Source of the DNA: Octopus sinensis
Lineage: Eukaryota
Direction of reading: 5' to 3'
Assembly (NCBI RefSeq): GCF_006345805.1
Contig: NC_043021.1
Location: 10,912,001 to 10,976,000 of the forward strand
DNA length: 64,000 nucleotides
Position numbers and translations under genes: made by a program. The notes under the pieces were generated by a model, which saw nothing but the letters and a program-made list of their open reading frames with translations, did not search any database and was not told where the DNA came from. Positions 12,657 through 25,273 of this stretch are shown here, piece after piece. The number at the start of each line of letters is the position of its first letter. The stretch's first letter is position 1.

Positions 12657-13070
12657 TATTATGTTTGGCAGAATAATCTGAACGTTAAAGGGGTAATTTA
12701 TCCAGGTATGACTCTTAATGATCCCCCAAACAGATCTTCCACAACAGGGTTCCTCAGTCAATGGGGTTCGAATCAGGACCAGGACCAGGTCATGGGGGTT
12801 TTAGTACAGGGCAATACACAAAGAATGAATTTTTAAATTTATTTCTGTTTTATCAACCATTGCTTTCTTCAGGGTGATTTTGTGTTGAATATATACTATA
12901 GGCACAGAGTGGCTGTGTGGTAAGTAGCTTGCTTACCAACCACATGGTTCCAGGTTCAGTCCCACTGCGTGGCACCTTGGGCAAGTGTCTTCTACTATAG
13001 CCTCGGGCCAACCAAAGCCTTGTGAGTGGATTTGGTAGACGGAAACTGAAAGAAGGCCGTCGTATATATG

Positions 13071-13109
<39 letters not shown>

Positions 13110-13118
<9 letters not shown>

Positions 13119-14810
13119 AAAATAGTAAAGTGTGAAAAAACGACAGAAGGCTTAAATGTTAAAAAATATATATATTTGTGTCAAAATGTCTGGAGAATAT
13201 TGGAAAAATTTTTTCCTTTCCTTAAAATGACATAATTTTAAAATTTTTAAAGAAATTACCGGTTTCGCGTGTAGCTTTTCAAATTTCTTGTGACGTTATG
13301 TTTATATTGCATGGAATTATCGTTGTTTTTATTTCCAGGAGATTTCTAAATAAGGGGAGGTAGTGAGTGATTTTTTCCGGTGTAGGGGAGATAATCGCTT
13401 AAAAAATTTTTTTTCCATTTCCTTGTTAATTTCTCTGTGTCAGTATGTTCGGATGGTTGAGTCTGGGTTTGTACTTTTCAATGAAGAATGTTTCCTTGTT
13501 CAGTCTCATTTGTGTTGATGATCCGAAAGCACATTGGTAAAATGGGAAGATTAAAAATTGTGGCAGTAGTTGCTTTGCGCATTTCTCAATGTGCTCACTA
13601 AAGGTATCATTCTATATTCTGGGAATGCAATCTGTTGTCGATGCAGTGTGCATCTGCGCCTGAGTGATAGTCCCGTGGAACCCACGTAGTCTTGGTGGCA
13701 GCCCGAGCATTTAATAACATAAATTATGTTTTCAGAGGCACAAGTAAAGTTAGATTTGATCTTAAATTTCTGTCCCTCTTTAAAGAAGAATTCTGATCCT
13801 TCCAATAGGTTAGGACATGTTGCACAGTTCGATCTACCACATTTTTTTACTTTTGCATCCGTAATTTTAGAAGACAATTTTGCCTTTGTGAGAATCTTTT
13901 TAAGTGATTTAGGCTGTTTGTAGCTTTTAATGATTTGGTGTATGTTTAGAATTTCCTTTAATTTTGGGTTTTTATGAAGTATTGGTAAATTCTGGGTGAT
14001 GATGGTGAAGGCTTCTTTGTTTCTGGGGTTGTATGTAGATATGTAAGGTAGTATTTTCGGATGCAAAAGTAAAAAAATGTGGTAGATCGAACTGTGCAAC
14101 ATGTCCTAACCTATTGGAAGGATCAGAATTCTTCTTTAAAGAGGGACAGAAATTTAAGATCAAATCTAACTTTACTTGTGCCTCTGAAAACATAATTTAT
14201 GTTATTAAATGCTCGGGCTGCCACCAAGACTACGTGGGTTCCACGGGACTATCACTCAGGCGCAGATGCACACTGCATCGACAACAGATTGCATTCCCAG
14301 AATATAGAATGATACCTTTTAGTGAGCACATTGAGAAATGCGCAAAGCAACTACTGCCACAATTTTTAATCTTCCCATTTTACCAATGTGCTTTCGGATC
14401 ATCAACACAAATGAGACTGAACAAGGAAACATTCTTCATTGAAAAGTACAAACCCAGACTCAACCATCCGAACATACTGACACAGAGAAATTAACAAGGA
14501 AATGGAAAAAAATTTTTTAAGCGATTATCTCCCCTACACCGGAAAAAATCACTCACTACCTCCCCTTATTTAGAAATCTCCTGGAAATAAAAACAACGAT
14601 AATTCCATGCAATATAAACATAACGTCACAAGAAATTTGAAAAGCTACACGCGAAACCGGTAATTTCTTTAAAAATTTTAAAATTATGTCATTTTAAGGA
14701 AAGGAAAAAAATTTTTCCAATATTCTCCAGACATTTTGACACAAATATATATATTTTTTAACATTTAAGCCTTCTGTCGTTTTTTCACACTTTACTATTT
14801 TCTTATATAT
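13110..14810. mobile_element. Penelope-like retroelement, 5'-truncated, with inverted partial duplication (GIY-YIG endonuclease in both arms)
   Basis: Arms 13110-13861 and 14058-14810 are reverse complements. ORFs encode KCGRSNCATC linker plus NIIYVIKC..C...YVGSTG..LRRR (GIY-YIG). The 196-bp spacer continues the ORF on the minus strand (YISTYNPRNK...). Confidence 0.9.
14630..14669 (+). ncRNA. Minimal type-I hammerhead ribozyme motif (U3-A8 core variant) in the Penelope 3' region; mirror copy at 13250-13289 (-)
   Basis: AAGAAAT / TTGAAAA / GC-tacac-GC / GAAA / CCGG / TA / ATTTCTT: 7-bp stem I, palindromic ACCGGT stem III, GUA triplet. Confidence 0.6.
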
Positions 14811-14843
14811 TCACCCACGTGCTTTACCAAACAAACTTTCTTA

Positions 14844-14882
<39 letters not shown>

Positions 14883-15743
14883 GTATATATATATATGTGC
14901 TTGTATGTCTGTGTTTGTCCCCCCAACATGGCTTGACAACCGATGCTGGTGTGTTTACGTCCCCGTAACTTAGCGGTTCGGCAATAGAGAATGACAGAAT
15001 AAGTACTAGGCCTACAAAGAATAAGTCCTGGGAGTCGATGTGCTCGACTAAAGGCGGTGCTCCAGCATGGCCACAGTCACATGACTGAAACAAGTAAAAG
15101 AATAAAAGAATATATGTGTAATACATGTGTATTCTGTGTTAATGAGCATTATCAGTTGCAGGTATCCATTTGCAAGACATTGCTAGTGTGTGGTTGGCAT
15201 TAGGAAAGGCATCCAGCTGTAGAAACCATACCAAATCAGACTGGAACCTGGTACAGCTCTCTGGCTTGCCAGCTTCCAGTCAAACCATGTAGCCCATGCC
15301 AGCAGGGAGAGTGGACATTAAATGATGATGATGATGATGATACTCTCTTACTCTCTTACTTGTTTCAGTCATTTGACTATGGCCATGCTGGGGCATTTGA
15401 GGAAGGGTACTCATGTCAGAAGAGGAAAGGTTAGAGGGTGACAAAGAAACAGAGAGGCAGAAACAGGTGTCTTGCTATTACGGAGGGGACATTGGTGGAG
15501 GTGATCTGGCATCAGATGATGAAAGGTTAGAATGTGAAAGAGAAATAAGGAAGCAGAAATAGGTATCTTGCTATAGAGGAGGTATTTATAAATAAACCGT
15601 GGCTCAAAAAGTTTTGAGACCAGCTTTCACAAACTGTCAGAAGTGTTGAAGCTCAACTTACAGGAAACAATGATATATGGAAAGCACAAGAGGCCTTTTT
15701 AGCAACAACAAGAATCTCCAGTATGATTGTTTCTGACTTCTAT

Positions 15744-16250
15744 ATATAACAAAGAATTTAGTAAAATAACTTAGTTATCATTAAGCTAGTGTTAGGAACA
15801 TAAATTGTGACTAAGGTGTGGAAGATGATTTTAATTCAGAACTTATGAAAACAAGACATTTGTACTACAGAAGAAGAGGCGGTTTCAGCTGGGTTGGTAT
15901 CAAAAGGGTTAAATATAACAAAGAATTTAGTAAAATAACTTAGCTATCATTAAGCTAGTGTTAGGAACATAAATTGTGACTAAGGTGTGGAAGATGATTT
16001 TAATTCAGAACTTATGAAAACAAGACATTTGTACTACAGAAGAAGAGGCGGTTTCAGCCGGGTTGGTATCAAAAGGGTTAAATATAACAAAGAATTTAGT
16101 AAAATAACTTAGCTATCATTAAGCTAGTATTAGGAACATAAATTGTGACTAAGATGTGGAAGAGGATTTTAATTCAGAACTTATGAAGACAAGACATTTG
16201 TACTACAGAAGAAGAGGCGGTTTCAGTTGGGTTGGTATCAAAAGGGTTAA
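15744..16250. repeat. Tandem triplication of a 169-bp unit ending in AAAGGGTTAA (piggyBac-like MITE end)
   Basis: Units start at 15744, 15913 and 16082 and are near-identical. Confidence 0.9.
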
Positions 16251-16618
16251 AAGAACTATCGAAACATTGACAAGCTAACATCAAAACACATTTTGTACCT
16301 TTCAGATTTCAAACGATCTCTACTATTCAACCTGATTTCATGGCCCAACAGAGGACTTCCCAAAGAAGTTGCACACATTTTATGTGATCTGCACGATGCC
16401 TTTTCTTTCGAAAAGAGAAATCATTGTGTTCTTTTGCAAATGTACAGGTCTTTGGTATTATGTTTTTATCTTGTCATTGCATACACACACACTCACTCTC
16501 ACACACACACACACATGCACGTGCACACACACACACACACACATACATGCACGCACACATGCACACACCATAGAAATCTTTATAGCAAGCATGTCACTAT
16601 ATATAGATATATACTTAC

Positions 16619-16762
16619 GGTAAGTTATTACTTGGCAATCTGGTCCAGTCCATCCGTCTTCGCATCCGTTTGGACAAGCTCCTGTCCGTTGGTGGCAGTT
16701 AGCATCATTTAGACAATGGCATTGCTTGGAACAACCACTTCCATACCACCCAGACGCACACC
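16619..16762 (-). CDS. Coding exon 5: EGF-like repeat (G)CASGWYGSGCSKQCHCLNDANCHQRTGACPNGCEDGWTGPDCQVITY
   Basis: 144 nt, acceptor tttttaatgtAG, donor C|GTAAGT, phase 1-1, 8 Cys. Confidence 0.92.
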
Positions 16763-17039
16763 CTACATTAAAAATAAGTGTCAATCAGGTTGATGTGCCA
16801 CATTTTAATAAAACATTCATGCCTATTAATTGGTTTTTGTAACAGTGGATCTCAAAGCATACATAGAGCTATAAATTATAGTATGTAAATATTGCATTTC
16901 AAACTTTGGCACAAGGTTAGAAATTCTGGGAGAGAGATATGTTAATTAGATCGACCCCATTACTCAACTGGTACTTATTTTATTGACACCGAAACTATGA
17001 AAGATGAATTGACCTTTGTGGAACATAAAGACAAATGAA

Positions 17040-17420
17040 ATGCTCATTATTTACATTATTTACATTTGACTGATATTTGTCCTCATCTTGTTTGTTGATA
17101 ACACAACATTTCAGCTGATACACCGTCCAGCCTTCATCAGGTGTCTTGGGAAAATTTCGAACCTGGGTTCTCATTCCTAAGATATTTTTTGATGTTATTA
17201 TTATCATCATCATCATCATCATCATTATTATTATTATATTATTATTATCATTATTATTATTATTATTATTCAGGTCACTGCCTGGAATCAAACTTGGAAT
17301 CATGGGGTTAGTAGCCCGCACTCTTAACCACTACGCCATATGCCTATGGGCATATCCGTCAAATGTAAATAATGTAAATAATGTACATAATTCCTCATCT
17401 CTTAAATATAGAACCAGATG
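17040..17420 (-). mobile_element. tRNA-headed short element carrying a hammerhead motif (17100-17147), with an inverted copy of its tail at 17352-17390
   Basis: A box TGGCGTAGTGG (17338-17328), B box GTTTGATTCC (17293-17284), (AAT)n linker, then AAGACAC-CTGATGA-A-GGCTGG..TCAGCT-GAAA-TG-TT-GTGTT. Confidence 0.65.
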
Positions 17421-17469
17421 AAATGCTGCTAAGCAGTTTGCCTGGCATGCTAACAATTCTGCCAGCTCG

Positions 17470-17960
17470 CCGCCTTATAGCATGTAAATATTGACCCCAG
17501 TAGTCAACTGGTACTTATTTTATCGACCCTGAAACTATGAAAGGTGAATCGACTTTGGTGGAATTTGAACTCAGAACGTAAAGCATTTTGCATGGCATGC
17601 TAATGACTCTGCCAATTCGTCACCTTTTAGCATGTAAATATTGACCCCAGTAGTCAACTGGTACCTATTTTATCGACCCTGACTATGAAAGGTGAATCGA
17701 CTTTGGTGGAATTTGAACTCAGAACGTAAAGCATTTTGCCTGGCATGCTAATGACTCTGCCAATTCGTTGCCTTTTAGCATGTTAATATTGACCCCAGTA
17801 ATTAACTGGTACTTATTTTATTGACTCTGAAATTATGAAAAGGAAATCTACCTCGGTGGAATTTGAACTCAGAACACAAAGATGGATTAAATGCCAATTA
17901 GCATTTTTCCCAGCATGCTAACGATTCTGCCAGCTTGCCACCTTATAAGCATATAAATAT
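17470..17960 (-). repeat. Tandem array of about 150-170-bp SINE-C-derived units
   Basis: gcatgtaaatattgaccccag recurs at 17480, 17630, 17778 and, degenerately, 17949. Confidence 0.8.
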
Positions 17961-18214
17961 TGCTTTGAAATTTTGGCACATGACCAGTAAATTCAGGGAG
18001 TGGGGAGGTTTGGTTAAGTTAATTACATTGATTCCAGTGTTCAAATGGTGCTTGTTTCATTGAGCCCCACCGAAAAGATAAAAAGCAAAGTCAACCTCTG
18101 CAGAATTTGAACTCAGAACGGAGAGCTAGATGAAATGCTGACAAGCATTTTGCCTGGTGTGCTAATGGTTCTGCCAGCTTGCTGCTTTATAGAAAGTAAA
18201 TATTGAATAGTGAA

Positions 18215-18555
18215 AGTAAACACCCTTGGTAAACACCCACAAAGTTATCAACCATCTCACCAACAACAACACTGAACACCTTTTTGATCTCCATGTGTCT
18301 AACACACGTGGACATGCCTACAAAGTCAGAAAACAACACAGCTCCCATGACTTTCGGAAACATTTTTTCACGCTCAGAGTTGCTGAAGCATGGAATAAAC
18401 TGTCTGCGTCAGTTGTTGACTGCCATAACACTGCATCCTTTAAGGCCCTCATGCTTTCCGAAATCCGCCGAAACTACACCTGATTATATATACACTTTAG
18501 ATGAGTTGTAGTGCACCTGAGCACTGTACACAATTATTATTATTATTATTATTTA
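18215..18555 (+). mobile_element. CR1/L2-type LINE 3' fragment
   Basis: TRGHAYKVRKQHS..DFRKHFFTLRVAEAWNKL...FK, followed by an (ATT)n tail. Confidence 0.8.
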
Positions 18556-19221
18556 AAAAGTTAAAGGCCTCCTGAGGAACTCAGACCCACATTCCAAACC
18601 TAATATTTATATTTATATATTATTTATAGCTTTATGTATCCTTTGAGATCCACAGTTAAAAAAATAATAAATAAGACAAAATTAAATAAAATCAAAATAA
18701 AATAAAATAAAGTATAACGTGTAGGTGAGCTTAGAATTATGTATACCTTTGCGTGCACAAGTGAACATGTATGTGTTTGTGTGTGTGTGTGTGTGTGTAA
18801 ATGTTTGGGCCAGTGTATGCATATAGGACCGTGTGTGTTTGTGTAAATAAATGGAGCACTCCGTCGGTTACGACGACAAGGGTCCCAGCTGATACGATCA
18901 ACGGAACAGCTTGCTCGTGAAATTAACGTGCAAATGGCTGAGCACTCCACAGACACGTGTACCCTCAATGTAGTTTTCGGGGAGATTCAGCGTGACACAG
19001 AGTGTGACAAGGCTGGCCCTTTGAAATACAGGTACAACTCATTTTTGCCAGCTGAGTGAACTGGAGCAACGTGAAATAAAGTGTCTTGCTCAAGGACACA
19101 ATGCATTGCTGGAAATTGAACACACGACTTTACAATCATGACCCGAATGCCCTAACCATTAAGCCACACTTATGTGTATAAGTAACCTAGTGCATGCATC
19201 GTGTGGTGTGATGTGCGTTTC

Positions 19222-19253
<32 letters not shown>

Positions 19254-20209
19254 CTGTGTTTGTGTGTGTATATGCATGTGAGGCTGTGTATAGTATGCGT
19301 ATGAGGCTATTGTGTGTAGGGGTGTGTGTTTGTGTGTGTATGGACGTGTATATATATATATGCCGTGTGAGGCTGTGTATAGTGTGAGAGGCTATTGTGT
19401 GTGCGTGTGTGTGTGTGTGTGTGTGTGCATGTGCATGTGAGTGTGGGTGAGTATGTTCCTAATGGTGTGTGGTGTGAAGAATGAGTTGAACAGTGTGAAT
19501 GGGTGTTTATATAATGGTGGGTGGAGTGAGATATATAAATATATATATTCTTTTATTAATTTCATGCATGCAGATGCAGTCATGCTCGAACACCACAATG
19601 ATATATATATATTATATAAACACCACAATGATATATATATATATTATATAAACACTTCGTGAGCTGTCTGGAGTAAACATTATCTGAGAGAAATTTTCTT
19701 TAAGTAGTAGAAATAGCTAAAAAAATTTTTTTTGGCTGCTATTTCTACTAAGTTCAGTATGTGGCAAAGTAATTTATTTACTAGCCCTAATTATATAATA
19801 TAATATTTTGAATTCGCTTTAAATGGTTCTTTTACATACTGAACACTTGGTGAAATTGATTAATTAATTTTACCCTCAATTGTTGATATTATATAAATAA
19901 TACATATACATATTAATATAATATATACATATACACATATATATATATATATATATAAATATATATATACATATACATATATAAATATATACATTATATA
20001 TATAAATATATACATATACATATATATATATATAATAGATAAATATATACAATACATATATATATATATATATAAATAATAAATATACATATACATATAT
20101 AAATATATACATATATATATATAAATATATACATATACATATATAATATATATATATATAAATATATACATATACACATATAATATATATATATATAAAT
20201 AAAATATAC

Positions 20210-20240
<31 letters not shown>

Positions 20241-20594
20241 TATACTACATATATATATATACATATATTATATACATATATATATATAATGGAGAGAGAG
20301 AGAGAGAGAGAGAGACAATACAAAGGTGGACAAAAGAAACAACATTTAGGACAGGCAAAAAAAGATGGGTAATTCATGGCTTTCTTTCCTCAGTCAAGTT
20401 CCAAAAGTCACGACCATTTCTAGCAGTTACACTTGAGATGGTTCGATCTGGTTGCCCCCCACAAAAAGTCTATGCTAAGAGCATTAGATCCCTTTGTAAG
20501 AAAGCTAGCGAATGTGTACAGCAACAAAGACATATGTGTGGTGTGTGTGTGTGTGTGTATATGCTTAAATATATATGTAAATATATATATATGT

Positions 20595-20930
20595 GAAGGC
20601 GCATGGCTCAGTGGTTAGAGCGTCAAGCTTACAATCGCGAGGTTGTGAGTTGGAATCCTGGACCAGGCTGTGTGTTGTGTTCTTGAGCAAGACACTTTAT
20701 TTCACGTTGCTCCAGTTCATTCAGCTGTAGAAAGCAGTTGTGACGTCACAGGTGCCAAGCTGTATTAGCCTTTGCCTTTCCCTTGGATAACATCGGTGGC
20801 ATGGAGAGGGGAGGCTGGTATGCATGGGCGACTGTTGATCTTCCATAAACAACCTTGCCTGAACTTGTGCCTGGGAGGGTAACCTTCTAGGTGCAATCCC
20901 TTGGTCAGTCATGACCAAAAGGTGTCTCAG
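20595..20930 (+). mobile_element. tRNA-derived SINE family B; copies at 1205-1550 (-), 33856-34185 (+), 38323-38650 (+); same head with a different tail at 18860-19170 and 29310-29630 (-)
   Basis: ggcgcatggctcagtggttagagc...gagttcgaatccc head, then ttgagcaagacactttatttcacgttgctccag core. Confidence 0.85.
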
Positions 20931-22173
20931 CAGATATATATATATATATATATATATTATATAAAAGGGCTTAGTAAAATAAATTACTTTGCCGCAACGA
21001 ACTCATTAGAAACAGCAGCTAAAAAACTTTTTTAAAAAACTATTCTAATACTTAAAGAAAACCTCTCTCATATAGTGTTTGCTCAATTCAATCACGCAAA
21101 TATGGGGGTAGAGACATTAAAAAATCAATTGCAAAGGTTATTTGAGAACGTACGTTCAAGATTAGTCAACAAGACATTTCTATCATCAGCTCTCAGAACT
21201 CCCTGGTTTGGATTTGAAAACACTGAAAATGGGAGCATACCTTTCGGCTTCCTCTCGCTTCTGAAGATCTGCTCCCAACTAACAGTGCCAACAAACCCAA
21301 AAATGCAAGCGAAGAATTTCTCTGCTCTCTCCCTTCCTTTCCACCAGCGTGGGTTAAAATCATAACACTATGCTTTTTTTCGGTAAAGTCCGTGGCATTA
21401 TATAGAGAGAGATGAATTATAATTTCAACAATTGAGGGTAAAATTAATTAATTTTAACCCTCAATTGTTTGAAATATAAATATATATTAGATATATAAAC
21501 ATAAATAAATAAATGGAGTTAAATGCAGGTGTTATTCAAATTCTTTTACTTCTGACATTTTCAAATCAGTTTCATACTGACTATTAAAACCAGATGTTAG
21601 GTAACAGCATAGTTAAGTAATACATGCACTCTTCAAAGCTGGCAGGTATGGAAAAGTAATATTAATATTATGATGATTGGCATAATTATCTAACATCCTG
21701 TTTCAATATCCAATGAGAAACCAATTGGTAAAATTGGCTGTATTAGATATATAATAATTATTTCTTTATTGCCTACAGGAGGCTAAACACAGAGGGGACA
21801 AACAAGGAGAGACAGTGGGATTAAGTCGATTACATCAACCCTAGTGCATAACAGGTACTTATTTCATCGACCCCAAAAAGGGGAAAGGCAAAGTCGACCT
21901 TGGCAGAATTTGAACTCAGAATGGAATGGCAGATGAAATATCACTAAACATTTCGCCCGGCGTGCTAACACTTCTGTCAGCTTGCCGCCTTAAAACATTT
22001 GCCCAATGTTCCATGCTGTGGGACTGAACCTGGAACCATGTAGTTGGGAAGCAAGCTTCTTACCACACAGCCACGCCTTCAATTAAAATACTCATGTTAT
22101 TGACAGATATATGTGTGCATATTTTCTCTAACTTATGGATTGTTAGACAACCTTAGTAGACATGTGTGTGTTG

Positions 22174-22206
<33 letters not shown>

Positions 22207-22532
22207 GCTTGTGGGTGTGTATATGAGAGAAAGTAAGCATGTGTGCATGTGTGTGTATATATATATTATGAAGTTTGAAAACAGAGAGATCTAATGGACA
22301 CAAATTAATTCATTAATTAATTAACATCTTCACCTACAATTGTTTCATTTCTCAACCTAAATTAAAACTACAAAGCATATATATAAATACATAATCTTGC
22401 ATTTTTAAATACCTTGGGTGGAGAATCATCAGGGTGTACAAAAGGACAATACCAGGATTATATTATGATCGGTTGGAATATTCCAATATACTCAGAATAT
22501 CTAATCATGTTTATTATATATGTACATGTATT

Positions 22533-22566
<34 letters not shown>

Positions 22567-23109
22567 CATACATACATAAAATTTATTACTTTTATTTTTA
22601 ATTCAATAATAATAATAATAATAATCATCATTATCATCATCATCATTTAACGTCCGTCTTCCATGCTAGCATGGGTTGGACGGTTTTGACTGAGGGCTAG
22701 CAACCAGATGGCTGCACCAGGCTCCAGTCTTGATCTGGCAGAGTTTCTACAGCTGGATGCCCTTCCTAATGCCAACCACTCCGAGAGTGTAGTGGGTGCT
22801 TTTTACGTGCCACCTGCACGGGGGCCAGTCAGGCGGTACTGGCAATGACCTCGCTCGAATCTTTTCACATGGACCCACCGGCACAGGTGCCAGTGAAGCG
22901 ACGTTGGTAACGATCACACTCGAATGGTGCCCTTTTACATGCCACGGGTACAGGTATAATAATAAGAATAATCATGAATGATGAATGATGAGTTATAGTA
23001 TATAAGAGTAAAATTGCATAATGAGTAAAATAAAATAAATGATAAAATTCATACTCATGTTTGTATGTGTGTGCATTGTGTATATGTATATGTGTATATG
23101 TATATATAT

Positions 23110-23147
<38 letters not shown>

Positions 23148-23159
23148 TATATAATATAT

Positions 23160-23202
<43 letters not shown>

Positions 23203-23407
23203 ATATATATACATACATACATATGTATGTATGTATATATGTATTTACTCGCAACAACAAGTATGGATGTCAATAGTTTATACATCAATATGTATGTGTA
23301 TGAGTATATATGTCTCTTTTTAAGTTACTTATTAAGGTATGTAGATTAAAGTATATAAGAGCAAAATAAAATATAAATAATAAAGAAAAAATATATATGT
23401 GTGTATG

Positions 23408-23451
<44 letters not shown>

Positions 23452-23454
23452 TTA

Positions 23455-23690
23455 TAAGGCGGCGAGCTGGCAGAATCGTTAGCACGCCGGGCGAAATGCT
23501 TTGCGGTATTTAGTCTGCCACTGCATTCTGAGTTCAAATTCCGCCAAGGTCGACTTTGCCTTTCATCCTTTCGGGGTCGATAAATTAAGCACCAGTTGCA
23601 CACTGGGGTCGATGTAATCGACTTAATACCTGTGTCTGTCCTTGTTTGTCCCTTCTATGTTTAGCCCCTTGTGGGTAGTAAAGAAATATA
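23455..23690 (+). mobile_element. tRNA-derived SINE family C with a Nin/Deu-like core; copies at 9872-10700, 11530-12030, 21760-21990, 27995-28415, 34685-35100, 35452-35870, 40595-41310
   Basis: ggcggcgagctggcagaa..gagttcaaattcc head, core gcctttcatcctttcggggtcgataaattaagtaccag. The 27995-28415 dimer is flanked by an approximate aaacgaaaataagatac TSD. Confidence 0.85.
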
Positions 23691-23720
23691 TATTTATATT
23701 TATATATATGTGTGTCTATG

Positions 23721-23819
<99 letters not shown>

Positions 23820-24611
23820 AAATAGAAGGATGAATTTTCTTGTTACAGATTAATGGGCTCTTAAGGAGCGTCCTCGTTCGAATTGCGTTGCTGCGCCTCT
23901 GTTTTGTTTTGTTCTGTCAACGGAATTCCTGTTTTTTCCTGAAGAGAAAGCCACAATATGGTACCCTTATTTAATCAGAATTTGGAAATTTGTGGCCTTT
24001 GAAACATGTGTAGAATGTAATAAAAGGAATTCTGTACAATCTTCGTTCAACTCCATTTCTTCCATTCACTAATAATATATATATATATACATACACACAC
24101 ACCACACACACACATATACATCTGTAAATGTAATATGTGATTATGTAGCCATGATAAAACTCTGAGTTTCGGATATCGGAGTGGAATCCCATGCTGGCAT
24201 CTCTGCCCTGACATCCAAAACTCAGAGTTTTATTATGGCTACCGAATAATTGTCACATTATATTTTCAGATAAATTCCTCTATTTACATAATATTGAGGT
24301 CTCTTTCTTTCTTTTGTTGTCTTGCCCATTTCTATAAATATACATACATATATATATGGCCGAAATCAAATCGCCATGTTGATTCGCTAGCTTCCGCATG
24401 CATATTTTTTTTCTCTCCTTCTTTCTGTGTTTTTTCTCTGTGTATCTTTCTGTTGAAGAGCGTAGGCTCGAAATGTTAAAGACTTGTTTTATTTATATTT
24501 CCTGAGCGCCATACTAATACAATTGTTTGTTTGTATTCCACCTGCCTTCGTCTTTTGTTTATTTCCGTAAACCTGCCTTCGTCTTTTGTCTATTTTCATA
24601 AAGCTTCCCGT

Positions 24612-24642
<31 letters not shown>

Positions 24643-24841
24643 GGGTACAGGAGTGGCTATGTGGTAAATAGCTTGCTTCTCAACCGCATGGTTCCAGGTT
24701 CAGTCCTTGGGCAAGTGCTTTCTATGATTGCCTCAGGCCGACCAAAAGAAACCGGTTGTATGTGTGTGTGTGTGTGTATGTGTGTGTGTATGTGTGTGTG
24801 TGTATGTGTGTGTGTGTGTATGTGTGTGTGTGTATGTGTGT

Positions 24842-24879
<38 letters not shown>

Positions 24880-25105
24880 TGTGTTTGTTTGTTTGTTTGT
24901 TTGTCTTTGTTCCTCACCATCGCTTGACAATCAATGTTGGTGTGTTTTCATCCCCGTAACCTAGCAGTTCGGCAAAAAGTGACCGACAGAATAAGTACTA
25001 GGAACAAAGAATAAGTCCTGGGGTCGATTTGCTTTGGCCATAGTCTCAAATGACTGAAACAAAGAATAAAAGAATAAAAGGATAAGAGAATAAAGGAAGA
25101 CCAAC

Positions 25106-25273
25106 CTGATATATACATCCCTCTAATACAGATATCTTTCCCTGTTATGGTCATAGACTTGGCATTTGCATCCCCTGTACATCCCACTCCACTCATGCTG
25201 CAAATCCCAGTACAAAAGGGCTTCTTGCTGTCTTTGTCGAAATTAACTGAAAACGAACTGAGACGGTTACCAG
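25106..25273 (-). CDS. Coding exon 4: (S)GNRLSSFSVNFDKDSKKPFCTGICSMSGVGCTGDANAKSMTITGKDICIRGMYIS
   Basis: 168 nt open frame, acceptor tttctatttccAG, donor G|GTTGGT, phase 1-1, same frame as ORF 24948..25196 -. Confidence 0.8.

Noticed and set aside
20595-20670. tRNA gene-like sequences (this and other SINE heads)
   Set aside because: A and B boxes are present, but there is no complete cloverleaf and each continues into a multi-copy SINE body.
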